Shown here: piece after piece, positions 1 to 9,386 of the stretch
Layout of the letters: each line of letters opens with the position of its first letter
How positions within the stretch are numbered: position 1 is the first letter of the stretch
Assembly: GCA_964589445.1 (NCBI GenBank)
Contig: CAZPQX010000004.1
Location: forward strand, 17,632 to 81,631
Reading direction: 5' to 3'
Origin: an uncultured Candidatus Saccharibacteria bacterium
GTDB taxonomy: Bacteria > Patescibacteriota > Minisyncoccia > Phycocordibacterales > WO2-35-19
DNA: 64,000 nt
Program-made: the position numbers and the translations under genes
Notes under the pieces: generated by a model
Told to the model about the DNA's origin: nothing
The model's database searches: none
What the model saw: the letters and a program-made list of their open reading frames with translations, nothing else

Positions 1-219
1 AACTACCCAGACGATTGGTATAAAGGCAAAGTTTCAACAAAAGACTTCGTAGAAAAAGTAGACTTAATACAAAATCTTTTTTATAGGATCGGCGACCTAT
101 CAGATTTAGCAAATGAGGATATAGATGTGATAGATATTAAGTCGTCAAAAGACGATTCACATGTAGTATTCCGAAATAAAAACGACGGGTTTTTATGGAT
201 TCTTAGGATAACTGACTAA
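1..219 (+). CDS. 3' end of a hypothetical protein (partial)
   Basis: Frame +1 is open from base 1 (NYPDDWYKGKVS...FRNKNDGFLWILRITD*) to TAA at 217-219; converges on and overlaps the yidC end. Confidence 0.6.
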   Translation, partial: NYPDDWYKGKVSTKDFVEKVDLIQNLFYRIGDLSDLANEDIDVIDIKSSKDDSHVVFRNKNDGFLWILRITD

Positions 220-918
220 ACCTCTCTTTATATACATATCTTGAAGTACACTCACAACATTACTTACAAACCAATATAGGGCTACTATACCCGAGATTTG
301 CCAGGATATAAAGAATACTACGCCCGGCATAACGTATTTCATTTGTTTTGACATCATTTTGGAAAATTCTTCGGATGTTGATGGTGTTTTGGAGTCACCT
401 ATAGAAACAGGGCTAGAATTACTCATCTGCCAATAAGTACTTGCCGATGCAAGCACAGCGAGCAAAAGGCTCTTTTTTGAAACATCAAGAATCCCTAGAA
501 AAATCATGGATATATTTTCTGGAATTTTCACAAAAGAATACAATATACTTGTATCAACATTTGGTAGACCTGATCTGAAAAAGATATAGTAAAGAGAGAA
601 AACAACGGGTATTTGTATAAGAAGAGCGAAAACACTAGAGAGTGGGTTTATTTTGTTTACTTTATAAAACTCCATCACCTTCAGAGCCTGTTCTTGGCTG
701 TCTTTATATTTTTCTTTTATGGAATTTAGTTCCCCCTCTTTTTCTTTCATTTTAACCTGAGTAACAACAGTCTTTTTAGTGAGAGGGTAGAGTACGAACT
801 TAACCAAAATAACTAAAATAACTGCAGCTAATCCAGCATCAACCGAAAATTTGTCTATTATAAAAATAAAGAAATTATAAAGGGGGGTATATACTATTGT
901 TTTGAAGAAATCTATCAT
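193..918 (-). CDS. yidC: YidC/Oxa1 membrane protein insertase
   Basis: LxPL...Q, YKxNKINP, LLIQIP, LYWFVSN motifs; canonical position after rnpA. Confidence 0.93.
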   Translation of the reverse strand: MIDFFKTIVYTPLYNFFIFIIDKFSVDAGLAAVILVILVKFVLYPLTKKTVVTQVKMKEKEGELNSIKEKYKDSQEQALKVMEFYKVNKINPLSSVFALLIQIPVVFSLYYIFFRSGLPNVDTSILYSFVKIPENISMIFLGILDVSKKSLLLAVLASASTYWQMSNSSPVSIGDSKTPSTSEEFSKMMSKQMKYVMPGVVFFISWQISGIVALYWFVSNVVSVLQDMYIKRGLVSYPKNP

Positions 919-1245
919 TTAAATTAAGTTTGATTCTTTTAATATTGAACTTACATTATCAAAAACTTTTGCTTGAGTATCAACTTTTGTTTTAAAAGCA
1001 AAATTTCCAATTATATTTTCTTTTAAGTTTGGCCACAAAATTTCTAGACTACGGTAACCTTGGCGCCTCATTCTATTCCTATCTACAGCATTCTTGGCTA
1101 TTTTTTTAGAAACAGAAAAAGAAAATTTACTATTATTTAGATTTTTCTTAAATCTAAAATTAAGAACTGAGTTTGATTTAAAAAAAGCCCCTTTAGACAA
1201 AGAAGGGAAGTCCTCCTTCGACATTCTTTTGAGCTTAGAAAGCAT
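919..1245 (-). CDS. rnpA: ribonuclease P protein component
   Basis: SVSKKIAKNAVDRNRMRR motif. Start moved to ATG at 1245 (MLSKLKR) because the longer ORF overlaps rpmH. Confidence 0.92.
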   Translation of the reverse strand: MLSKLKRMSKEDFPSLSKGAFFKSNSVLNFRFKKNLNNSKFSFSVSKKIAKNAVDRNRMRRQGYRSLEILWPNLKENIIGNFAFKTKVDTQAKVFDNVSSILKESNLI

Positions 1246-1246
1246 T

Positions 1247-1381
1247 TTAAACTGATATTTTGCTCCTACCTTTTCTTCTTCTCTCCTGCAAAACCTTTTT
1301 ACCACTAGTTGATTTGCTTCTTTTTAGGAAACCGTGCTTCTTAGACCTTTTTCTTTTTTTGGGTTGGTAAGTTACTGACAT
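1247..1381 (-). CDS. rpmH: 50S ribosomal protein L34 (absent from the ORF track)
   Basis: Hand translation [44 protein letters not shown]; divergent from dnaA. Confidence 0.95.
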   Translation of the reverse strand: MSVTYQPKKRKRSKKHGFLKRSKSTSGKKVLQERRRKGRSKISV

Positions 1382-1525
1382 TTGTATTTACTTAATAAAC
1401 GAATCTTGTATAAAGTTGTTATTCGCACATTATAAACAAAATTGTCTATAAAAACAAGTTCCGCCAAAATAATTTAAATATATAATTGAGGCATCCAAAA
1501 ATTATTTGGTTAACGCAAAAAAAGA

Positions 1526-2866
1526 ATGGATACTCAAGAACTTTGGAACGATATCTTGGTTAAGATAGAATCCTCAGTATCAAAAGCCAATTTTGCCACT
1601 TGGTTTAAAGACACAAAGATACATGGCTTTGAAAATGGAGTAGTTTATTTAAGCGTTCCAAACACTTTCGTAAAAGAGTGGCTCACTAAAAAATTTCACC
1701 AGATTATACTCAAGTTTTTGAGAGAATCTTCTGAATCAATAAATGCTTTAGAGTATGTAATCAAAGAGGAGAGTAGTGCCAAGAAACACTATATACCTAC
1801 AAAAGCACAAGCAACAAAAGAACTTCCTTTATCTGATTGTTATGTAAACAAAGACGATAATCTAAACCCAAGATACACTTTTGAGTCTTTTGTAGTTGGA
1901 CCTTTCAACGAACTTGCTTATGCAGCAGCTCAGGCAGTCATAAAAAACTTAGGAGTTGCTTATAACCCATTTTTTATATGGGGAAATACAGGACATGGCA
2001 AAACTCACATGATCCAAGCAATAGGCAATGCAGTAAAGAGTGCTTACCCAGACAAAAAGATACTTTATTTTAATTCAGAAAAGTTTATAAATGACTATGT
2101 CACCTCTGTTCAAGCAAACAAAGTAACTCAATTCAAGGATAAATATAGGAAATATGACATGCTTATCATGGACGATGTGCAATTCCTCTCAGGAAAAGAA
2201 AAGACTCAAGAAGAGTTATTCCACCTTTTCAATATAATGAAGGATAGCAACAAACATATTGTATTCTCTTGCGATAAACACCCAAACTTCGTAACTGGTT
2301 TAGAAGATAGGCTAAAATCTAGGTTTGCTGCTGGTATGGTTATTGATATTCCTCCACCAGACCAAGAGTCTAGAGTGGCGATAATAAAGAAAAAATGTGC
2401 CAGCATAAACCTATTTCTAGAAGACAACATAATCGAATATTTAGCTGACTCTATAAAAGGTAATATTAGAGACCTTGAAGGTGTTATAAACCTTATAGTT
2501 TGCCAAACAGAGGCTAAAAATAGGTCACTATGGATAAACGAGATAAAGGATTTGGTAAAAAACAGTATAAAACAAAAGAAACTCCTTTCTTATAAAGAAG
2601 TAGTAAAGATAATTTCAGATTTCTATAAAATAGAAGAAGGTTCTATTTATGAAAAGACTAGAAAAAAGGAGATAATAAAACCAAGACAGATAATAATGTA
2701 TATATTGAGAGAAGACTTCAATATATCTTATCCTTCAATAGGAGAAAAGCTTGGTGGTAGAGACCATACTACTGTCATACACTCCTGTGAAAAAATAAAA
2801 ACAGAGATGAAAATGGACCCAATACTTCTAAAGGAGCTTCAAGAAATAAGATCTTTGATAGGTTAG
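1526..2866 (+). CDS. dnaA: chromosomal replication initiator DnaA
   Basis: LNPRYTFESFVVG, GNTGHGKTH Walker A, DDVQF, GGRDHTTVIHS. Confidence 0.99.
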   Translation: MDTQELWNDILVKIESSVSKANFATWFKDTKIHGFENGVVYLSVPNTFVKEWLTKKFHQIILKFLRESSESINALEYVIKEESSAKKHYIPTKAQATKELPLSDCYVNKDDNLNPRYTFESFVVGPFNELAYAAAQAVIKNLGVAYNPFFIWGNTGHGKTHMIQAIGNAVKSAYPDKKILYFNSEKFINDYVTSVQANKVTQFKDKYRKYDMLIMDDVQFLSGKEKTQEELFHLFNIMKDSNKHIVFSCDKHPNFVTGLEDRLKSRFAAGMVIDIPPPDQESRVAIIKKKCASINLFLEDNIIEYLADSIKGNIRDLEGVINLIVCQTEAKNRSLWINEIKDLVKNSIKQKKLLSYKEVVKIISDFYKIEEGSIYEKTRKKEIIKPRQIIMYILREDFNISYPSIGEKLGGRDHTTVIHSCEKIKTEMKMDPILLKELQEIRSLIG

Positions 2867-3082
2867 GTGTTTAAAACCTGTAGATAACTTGTTATTTATC
2901 TGGTTAGAAACTGTTGCAAAGTAAGTCATTTTTGGATAAAAATTAGATAGAGGCTTTTATTCAACCAGTTTATTAACAGTTATCAACAACCACTAGTCTA
3001 AATAACCTTTATGGTTTAAGGTTTAAAGTAGTAATCCACAAATCCACAGCCTTTATATAGTCCTTGTATTAAAAATATAGAA
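2867..3082. other. probable oriC (dnaA-dnaN intergenic region)
   Basis: Near-consensus DnaA boxes: TGTAGATAA 2879-2887, TTTGGATAA 2931-2939, TTATTAACA 2970-2978, TTATCAACA 2980-2988, TAATCCACA 3032-3040, AAATCCACA 3040-3048; AT-rich. Confidence 0.75.
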
Positions 3083-4189
3083 ATGAAAATAAAAATAGAG
3101 AAAAACAAAATAGAGTCTCATATCCAAAAAGTTTCTAGATTGGCTGGTAAACACCTGACACTACCCGTGTTGTCATGTGTTTATATTGAGGCTAATTCTC
3201 AAAAATTAATCTTTAAATCTACAAATTTAGATGTTGGTCTCGAGATTAGTATAAAGGCGGACGTTATTGAAGAGGGTAATATAGCAGTACCGGCGGCTAT
3301 ATTACTAGGTTCACTACAGTCTATAAAAGAAAATGACATTGTAATTGAAACTAATGATAATAATTTAAAAATATCATCTACTAAAAATTCTGTGGTTATA
3401 AAATCTATGCCACATGAAGACTTTCCTAGTATCCCTGTTATAAATAAAGAAGACAATCTAAAATCAATAAAAATAAATGCTAAAGATTTGATGCTTGGTT
3501 TTAAGTCAGTTTGGTATAGCTCATCAAATTCAAATATAAAACCAGAACTAAGTAGTGTTTTTGTTTATACTGAAGATTCAAAATTAGTATTCGTATCCAC
3601 AGACTCTTTTAGATTGGCTGAAAAAAGAGTAAATACAAAAGTCGATAGTGATTTTCCTCAAACTCTCATACCTTACAAAAATGTATCAGAAATCTTAAAG
3701 CTTTTTGAAGACTATGCAGGAGATATAGATATCTTGTTTGATAAAAATCAAGCTGCATTTATGGCTCCAAATATATACCTTGTCTCTAGGTTGGTTGATG
3801 GATCTTTCCCTGATTACAAACAAATAATACCTAAAGTATTCACTACTAAAGCTATCTTACTAAAGGCAGATCTTTTAAATTCCATAAAAGCTTCAAATTT
3901 ATTTTCTGACTCTTTAAATCAGGTCAGGATAAAAATAAAACCAAACGATAAGGATTTATCCATAGAAGCCAAAAATAATGACGTAGGAGAGTATAAGGAG
4001 TCTTTGAGAGCTAATTTAGAAGGGGATGATATAGAAATCAACTTCAATAATAAATATATTATAGATTCATTTCAGTCCATATCAGGAGACAGTGTTACTC
4101 TTGAATTTGGAGGAACAAATAAACCCTTGATAATAAAAGGATCTTCAGATAATAGTTTTATGTATATGGTGATGCCTATGAATAGATAA
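3083..4189 (+). CDS. dnaN: DNA polymerase III beta clamp
   Basis: STNLD, STDSFRLAEK, SRLVDGSFPDYKQIIP, C-terminal MPM. Confidence 0.98.
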   Translation: MKIKIEKNKIESHIQKVSRLAGKHLTLPVLSCVYIEANSQKLIFKSTNLDVGLEISIKADVIEEGNIAVPAAILLGSLQSIKENDIVIETNDNNLKISSTKNSVVIKSMPHEDFPSIPVINKEDNLKSIKINAKDLMLGFKSVWYSSSNSNIKPELSSVFVYTEDSKLVFVSTDSFRLAEKRVNTKVDSDFPQTLIPYKNVSEILKLFEDYAGDIDILFDKNQAAFMAPNIYLVSRLVDGSFPDYKQIIPKVFTTKAILLKADLLNSIKASNLFSDSLNQVRIKIKPNDKDLSIEAKNNDVGEYKESLRANLEGDDIEINFNNKYIIDSFQSISGDSVTLEFGGTNKPLIIKGSSDNSFMYMVMPMNR

Positions 4190-4190
4190 T

Positions 4191-4439
4191 ATGTTAGGTA
4201 TATCAAATTTTCTTAAAAAGTTTATTGTTATTCAAAAAAACAATGAAGATATTTTTTTGAATATATTAAAAACAATAAAAGAATTCACAGGTATTGAACT
4301 TAATAAAAGTCATATAGAGATAAAAGGGGATAATCTATATTTCAAAATAAAACCAGCAGTAAAAAATGCTATTTTTCTAAAAAAAGACTCCATAGAGTCT
4401 TCCTTTAAAAACAATAAAATTTTTTTAAAAATAAAATAA
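4191..4439 (+). CDS. small hypothetical protein, possibly DciA/DUF721-like
   Basis: 82 aa starting 1 nt after the dnaN stop; beta-beta-alpha pattern IEIKGDNLYFKIKPAVKNAIFLKKDSI. Confidence 0.55.
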   Translation: MLGISNFLKKFIVIQKNNEDIFLNILKTIKEFTGIELNKSHIEIKGDNLYFKIKPAVKNAIFLKKDSIESSFKNNKIFLKIK

Positions 4440-4442
4440 TTA

Positions 4443-6575
4443 TTATTGATTAACCACAAACGGGTTATCTTGATGTAGATTGTTTTGTTGCGCCCAAATT
4501 CTTACGGGGTATTCCCATCTTTCAAACTGTGAATCTTCACTAGGATTTTCTGGAATTTCTCCTTTAGGATCATCTTTTTTTACCCAATTAAGTATTGTGT
4601 GCACACCCCCCGTTACAATCCTTTCGTTTCGTGTTGATGTACTATAAACTCCACCTTGCCATATTCCTTCTAAAACTGGTTTAACTCCTTTTTCTTCTAT
4701 TAGAGGTGATTCGAATTGTTCTGAAGGTAGCTTTGTAAGTGCTCTATCCATAAAAGCTCTCCACATAGGTGCCACTATATATCCAGCAACTCTTTTTTCC
4801 ATAGATGTATTGTCGTTGTTTCCTGCCCAAGCACCCACTGCTATGTTTGGAGTATACCCAATTATCCAAGCGTCTTTATAGTCGTTTGTGGTACCAGTTT
4901 TTACAGCTACATCTGTGTTGGGGAAGTTTAATACCGAAGTTTGTCCATATGCAGGTGTCCTCGCTACGTTATCTGAAAGCACATCTGAAATTTTTAATGC
5001 TATTTCTTTATCTAAAACTTCCTTAGAAGAGTTGTCCGATTCTTCTATTACTTCTCCAGTCTTATCTTTTATTTCTAAAATAGAGTCTGTAGTTGCCTTT
5101 ACTCCATTGTTTGCAAAAACTCCATAAGCAGAAGTAAGTTCTAGTGGGGTAACTTCACCACCTCCAAGTACTAGTGTTAGACCATAGTCTCCTTTATTGC
5201 TAAGAGAGAGTATCCCCATATCTCTAGCCAATCTTATTGATTCGTTTAATCCGGCGAGGTAGAGCACTTTTACAGAGGGTATGTTTAGGGATTGAGCCAA
5301 GGCATTTCTGAGTGTTATAGGGCCTCTAAACAGCCCATCATAATTTTCTGGAGAATAACACCCGTTTCCCATAGTCATATCATTTGGGGCACATTTAGTA
5401 GAAAATTGCGTTTTAAGGTCAAATACTACTGTATCTGGTGTGTATCCTTTTTTAAATGCTTCTGCATAAACAAAGGGTTTAAAGGTTGAACCAGGCTGTC
5501 TTTTTGCTAATGTCACGTTGAATGCACCGTCTATTTCTTTATCAAAATAATCCCTGGAACCAACCATGGTCAATATTTCTCCTGTTTTAGGGTCCACAGC
5601 TACTATCGCAGCGTTTTCTGCATTGAACTTTTCTTTATTCTCTTTTGCATAATCAAAAGCTATTTCTTCTGCTATTTGTTGTAATTCGTAATTTAGAGTT
5701 GTTTTGACTCTTAGACCACCAGTGTTTATTATTTCTTCCCCATACTTATTTTTTATTTGCTCTAAAACATAAAATACAAAATGTGGTGCTTTTATACTAG
5801 AATCATTCTTTTTTAAGAATTCAACTTTTTCTTTTTTTGCCGAATCATATTCTTCTTGTGTTATAAAACCACTCTCAAGCATTTCTGATAACACAAGATT
5901 TTTTCTCTCATCAAGCCTGTCTTTATTTGGCCCATAAGGGGAGTAGAAACTAGGTGCTTTAGGTAGAGCTGCAAGGTAAGCAGCTTCGCTTAAAGTTACT
6001 TCTGAAGCACTTTTACCGAAAAAGCTTTCTGATGCCTCTTCTACACCATAAATAACTCCTCCATAAGGTATTTCATTTAAATACATAGAAAGGATTTCTT
6101 CTTTTGTTGATACTTGTTCAAGCTTGATTGCTAGTACCCACTCCTTTAATTTTCTAGAAATATCTTTATCGTTTGTAAGTATTGAATTTTTTACAACTTG
6201 CTGTGTAATTGTAGAGCCACCCTGGCTAAAATCAAATGTTAGGATATTTACCAAAATTGCTCTTAAAAATGCAGTAGGCTTAACACCTATATGGCTATAA
6301 AACTCTTTATCTTCTATGGCTATCGTGGCGTTTTTTATATTTTTGGATATTTCTTCTATAGGAACAATACTTCTGCGTATGTTGCCACCGGTGTCGTATA
6401 GAAGTATATCTCCAGTCCTATCATATATTTTGGTTGATTCGGTGACCCGCCTCTCTCTTATAGACTCTGTGGTAGGTACTTTAAATGTACTTATCCATAT
6501 AAGTATAGAAGCCCCAAGGATGAGACTTAAGGAAATAAATAATAAAGCAAGGTTCTTTTTTAACATAACTATCAT
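4443..6575 (-). CDS. class A penicillin-binding protein (PBP1A family)
   Basis: EDKEFY, QGGSTITQQ, RKLKE transglycosylase motifs; SxxK (STFK), SLN, KTGT transpeptidase motifs. Confidence 0.95.
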   Translation of the reverse strand: MIVMLKKNLALLFISLSLILGASILIWISTFKVPTTESIRERRVTESTKIYDRTGDILLYDTGGNIRRSIVPIEEISKNIKNATIAIEDKEFYSHIGVKPTAFLRAILVNILTFDFSQGGSTITQQVVKNSILTNDKDISRKLKEWVLAIKLEQVSTKEEILSMYLNEIPYGGVIYGVEEASESFFGKSASEVTLSEAAYLAALPKAPSFYSPYGPNKDRLDERKNLVLSEMLESGFITQEEYDSAKKEKVEFLKKNDSSIKAPHFVFYVLEQIKNKYGEEIINTGGLRVKTTLNYELQQIAEEIAFDYAKENKEKFNAENAAIVAVDPKTGEILTMVGSRDYFDKEIDGAFNVTLAKRQPGSTFKPFVYAEAFKKGYTPDTVVFDLKTQFSTKCAPNDMTMGNGCYSPENYDGLFRGPITLRNALAQSLNIPSVKVLYLAGLNESIRLARDMGILSLSNKGDYGLTLVLGGGEVTPLELTSAYGVFANNGVKATTDSILEIKDKTGEVIEESDNSSKEVLDKEIALKISDVLSDNVARTPAYGQTSVLNFPNTDVAVKTGTTNDYKDAWIIGYTPNIAVGAWAGNNDNTSMEKRVAGYIVAPMWRAFMDRALTKLPSEQFESPLIEEKGVKPVLEGIWQGGVYSTSTRNERIVTGGVHTILNWVKKDDPKGEIPENPSEDSQFERWEYPVRIWAQQNNLHQDNPFVVNQ

Positions 6576-6611
6576 TATGCCAAAAATTTTGAATTATGGT
6601 AGAGTTTTAAG

Positions 6612-7985
6612 ATGAAGCAGGATATTTTTGAAGACGGAAGGATATTTGAATTTGTTGATCCAAACAACACTTTTAAGGACAAATTATCCAAAAAAATAAA
6701 CGGATCTTACGATAAAGACATAATAATTAAATTTGGAGTTGATCCAACAAGGCCAGATATTCACCTCGGGCATGCTGTCATTTTTAGGTTCTTACGAAAA
6801 ATGCAAGATTTAGGTTGTAAGGTGGTTTTCTTAGTTGGCGACTTTACTGCTCGAATAGGCGACCCTACTGGAAAGAGTAAGGTAAGACCCGAGATTGATC
6901 AAAAAGAAATAGAACACAATATGAATACCTACCTTGAGCAGGTGGGAAAGGTTTTAAATACAGACCCTAAATTTTTTTCTTGGATAAGAAATTCTGATTG
7001 GTTTGTTGGTATATCTGATATTTTTGGCGAAGAGGGTGCCCAGGTAAAATTGCCAGAGCCTTTAGTGGGGGAAGTACCTGGCAATACTTTTATTGGAAAA
7101 TCTATTTTATACGAAAATTCAAGGATGCAGAGGACACATCTAGGCAAGCAAGGGATTGTAGGTATCACCCTCTCTACTTTTATTTGGACACTCAAAAAAA
7201 TAACCCATCAAAATCTTATAGATAGAGACATGTTTCAAGATAGGATAAAAAATGGGGAGGAGCTCTATATGCATGAAATGATGTACCCAGTGCTCCAAGG
7301 GATAGACTCTTTCGTTCTACACCAAATATACGGATCTTGTGATTTGGAGATTGGTGGTACTGATCAAACATTTAACATGCTTTTGGGCAGGGAAGTGATG
7401 AAGTTTAACTCTGTAGAGCCTCAAAGCGTCATATCTATGAAACTACTTCGTGGCACTGATGGAAAAGAAAAGATGAGTAAGAGCCTTTTGAATTATATTT
7501 CTATAAATGACACAGCTTCCGATATTTTTGGAAAAGTCATGTCAATCCCAGATGATTTGATGCCTGAATATTTTGATTTGTGTACTGATATGACCAAAGA
7601 AGAAATAGAATTGGTCAAGTCACAGATAAACAAAAAAGAAAATCTGAAGTCTATAAAGATGGATTTGGCCAGAAAGATCGTAGAAATATATCATGGCAAC
7701 TTGGCGGCAAGCTCAGCTTTTTCTATGTTTGAAAATGTTTTTTCAAACGGTGATTTCCCTAGTGACGCACCTATCATAGAAGCTGTTATTGGTGAAAAAT
7801 TGATAGATGTTTTTGTTTCTAATAATATAGTCGAATCCAAATCAGAAGCGAGGCGCCTCATAGAAGCAGGTGCTCTTTCAGAATATCCTGATAAAAAAAT
7901 ATTAGATACTTCTGTTACTGTTGAAGAAGGGGAGAAGAAGTTTAGGTTAGGTAAAAAAACTTTTTTGATTGTAAGGTCAAAATAA
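6612..7985 (+). CDS. tyrS: tyrosine--tRNA ligase
   Basis: GVDPT, HLGH, GDPTGK, GGTDQTFN, KMSKS, C-terminal S4-like domain. Confidence 0.97.
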   Translation: MKQDIFEDGRIFEFVDPNNTFKDKLSKKINGSYDKDIIIKFGVDPTRPDIHLGHAVIFRFLRKMQDLGCKVVFLVGDFTARIGDPTGKSKVRPEIDQKEIEHNMNTYLEQVGKVLNTDPKFFSWIRNSDWFVGISDIFGEEGAQVKLPEPLVGEVPGNTFIGKSILYENSRMQRTHLGKQGIVGITLSTFIWTLKKITHQNLIDRDMFQDRIKNGEELYMHEMMYPVLQGIDSFVLHQIYGSCDLEIGGTDQTFNMLLGREVMKFNSVEPQSVISMKLLRGTDGKEKMSKSLLNYISINDTASDIFGKVMSIPDDLMPEYFDLCTDMTKEEIELVKSQINKKENLKSIKMDLARKIVEIYHGNLAASSAFSMFENVFSNGDFPSDAPIIEAVIGEKLIDVFVSNNIVESKSEARRLIEAGALSEYPDKKILDTSVTVEEGEKKFRLGKKTFLIVRSK

Positions 7986-7993
7986 AAATATAA

Positions 7994-8030
7994 AAACAAA
8001 AACACCCTGACTACCAGGGTGTTTTTGTTT
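7994..8030. terminator. bidirectional intrinsic terminator
   Basis: 16-bp perfect inverted repeat AAACAAAAACACCCTG/CAGGGTGTTTTTGTTT between convergent genes. Confidence 0.8.
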
Positions 8031-8032
8031 GA

Positions 8033-8146
8033 TTACATTACTTCTTCATCCTCTACTTCACCTTCTAATTCTTCCTCTTCTCCTTCTTCATTATCCTCTA
8101 CTTCATCTGATTCTGGATCTAATACTGGATCAAGTTCATCACTCAT
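8033..8146 (-). CDS. putative 37-aa highly acidic microprotein
   Basis: ATG...TAA: MSDELDPVLDPESDEVEDNEEGEEEELEGEVEDEEVM; directly followed by the terminator. Confidence 0.6.
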   Translation of the reverse strand: MSDELDPVLDPESDEVEDNEEGEEEELEGEVEDEEVM

Positions 8147-8256
8147 TATATTTAAATTACTTTTTAATTCCGCTTGCGCGGGTCCGAAATGTTTAAATTT
8201 CCGGACAAGTTTTTAATTTTTAACATATTAAAAATCTTTTGCAAGACTTTTTAGTA

Positions 8257-8781
8257 TTATTTGTGGATAGTGGTGGCGCTGCAAGTCAGGGCTATAGCTA
8301 TAGCATCGTATTCATCATCAATCCTTTTTTTACCATCCTTTGTTGGTTTAACTTTTATTATCCTTTCTACCATTGCCTCTACTTGTTTTTTGTCACTTTT
8401 GCCGTAGCCAGTTATAGCAAGTTTTACTTGGTTTGGATTAAACTCTCTTATTAAAAGGCCTGCTTCCTCTGCCTCTACGATTATGACACCACGAGCTTCA
8501 GAAACTTTGAAAGCTGTTTTTTTATTTTTACTCCAAAGGAGTGATTCTATGGCTAGTACAGAAGGGGAGTATTCTTTTATTACTGATCTAATTTTTTCTT
8601 TGAGTAGAAGCAGTCTCTCACTCGGTTCGGTCGTCTTATTTGTTTCTAGGCATTCAGAATGCAAAAGGTTTTCTCTACCTTTGGTTTTTTCTAATACAGC
8701 TATACCAATCCTTCCGTAGCCTGGATCTATACCCAAAATAATTGAATCATGAGTCATGAAGTATGAATCATGATTATTCAT
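8257..8781 (-). CDS. ruvC: Holliday junction resolvase RuvC
   Basis: ILGIDPG, LAIE, EARGV, GYGKSDK, DDEYDAIAIA. Confidence 0.96.
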   Translation of the reverse strand: MNNHDSYFMTHDSIILGIDPGYGRIGIAVLEKTKGRENLLHSECLETNKTTEPSERLLLLKEKIRSVIKEYSPSVLAIESLLWSKNKKTAFKVSEARGVIIVEAEEAGLLIREFNPNQVKLAITGYGKSDKKQVEAMVERIIKVKPTKDGKKRIDDEYDAIAIALTCSATTIHK

Positions 8782-8805
8782 AATTCCTACTTCTTAAACC
8801 ATATT

Positions 8806-9339
8806 CTATACTGCGTTTGTATAAACTTCTTGGACTTCCTCGTTTTCCTCGAGCATATCTATAAGCTCGTCCAGTTTTTTGCCATCTTCCTCGCTTATTT
8901 CTATCTCTAGATTTGGCTTCCACTCTCCTTCAATTGTTTTTGTAAATCCCCAAGATGCAGATCCGGGTACTGCAAGCTCGTAACCATTTTTGGTCAGAAT
9001 ATGTTTTATTTCTTGAGCAGCTTTATTTCTATTTGAGGTAAGGCTTTGTATGATGAGGGCACAACCCCCAGGACCATAACTCTCATAAGTTATACTCTCC
9101 ATGTTTTCGTCATTTCCGCCCACTCCTTTTTTGATAGCTCTTTCTATATTGTCGTTCGGTACATTTGCAGCTTTTGCTTTTTCTATAGCACTACGCAGTG
9201 AAGGAGAATTTACATCTCCTTTGCATATTTTTGATTCAACAGTTAGAAGTTTGATTAGTTTACTGAAGATTTTTGCTTTCTGGCCATCTGTGACGGCTTT
9301 CCTGTTTTTTATTTTTGACCATTTATTATGTCCTGCCAT
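8806..9339 (-). CDS. YebC/PmpR family protein (short form)
   Basis: MAGHNKWSKIK, DNIERAIKK, YESYGPGG, VQEVYTN; middle domain shortened. Confidence 0.93.
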   Translation of the reverse strand: MAGHNKWSKIKNRKAVTDGQKAKIFSKLIKLLTVESKICKGDVNSPSLRSAIEKAKAANVPNDNIERAIKKGVGGNDENMESITYESYGPGGCALIIQSLTSNRNKAAQEIKHILTKNGYELAVPGSASWGFTKTIEGEWKPNLEIEISEEDGKKLDELIDMLEENEEVQEVYTNAV

Positions 9340-9386
9340 AAAGACAGGATATAAAATATACATACAATAATCAAGAATCTAGTTGC

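Noticed and set aside
1246-1305. N-terminal extension of the rnpA ORF
   Set aside because: It overlaps rpmH in another frame; the likely start is ATG at 1245.
8019-8216. Ser-rich + strand ORF
   Set aside because: Antisense shadow of the acidic microprotein; it starts inside a terminator.
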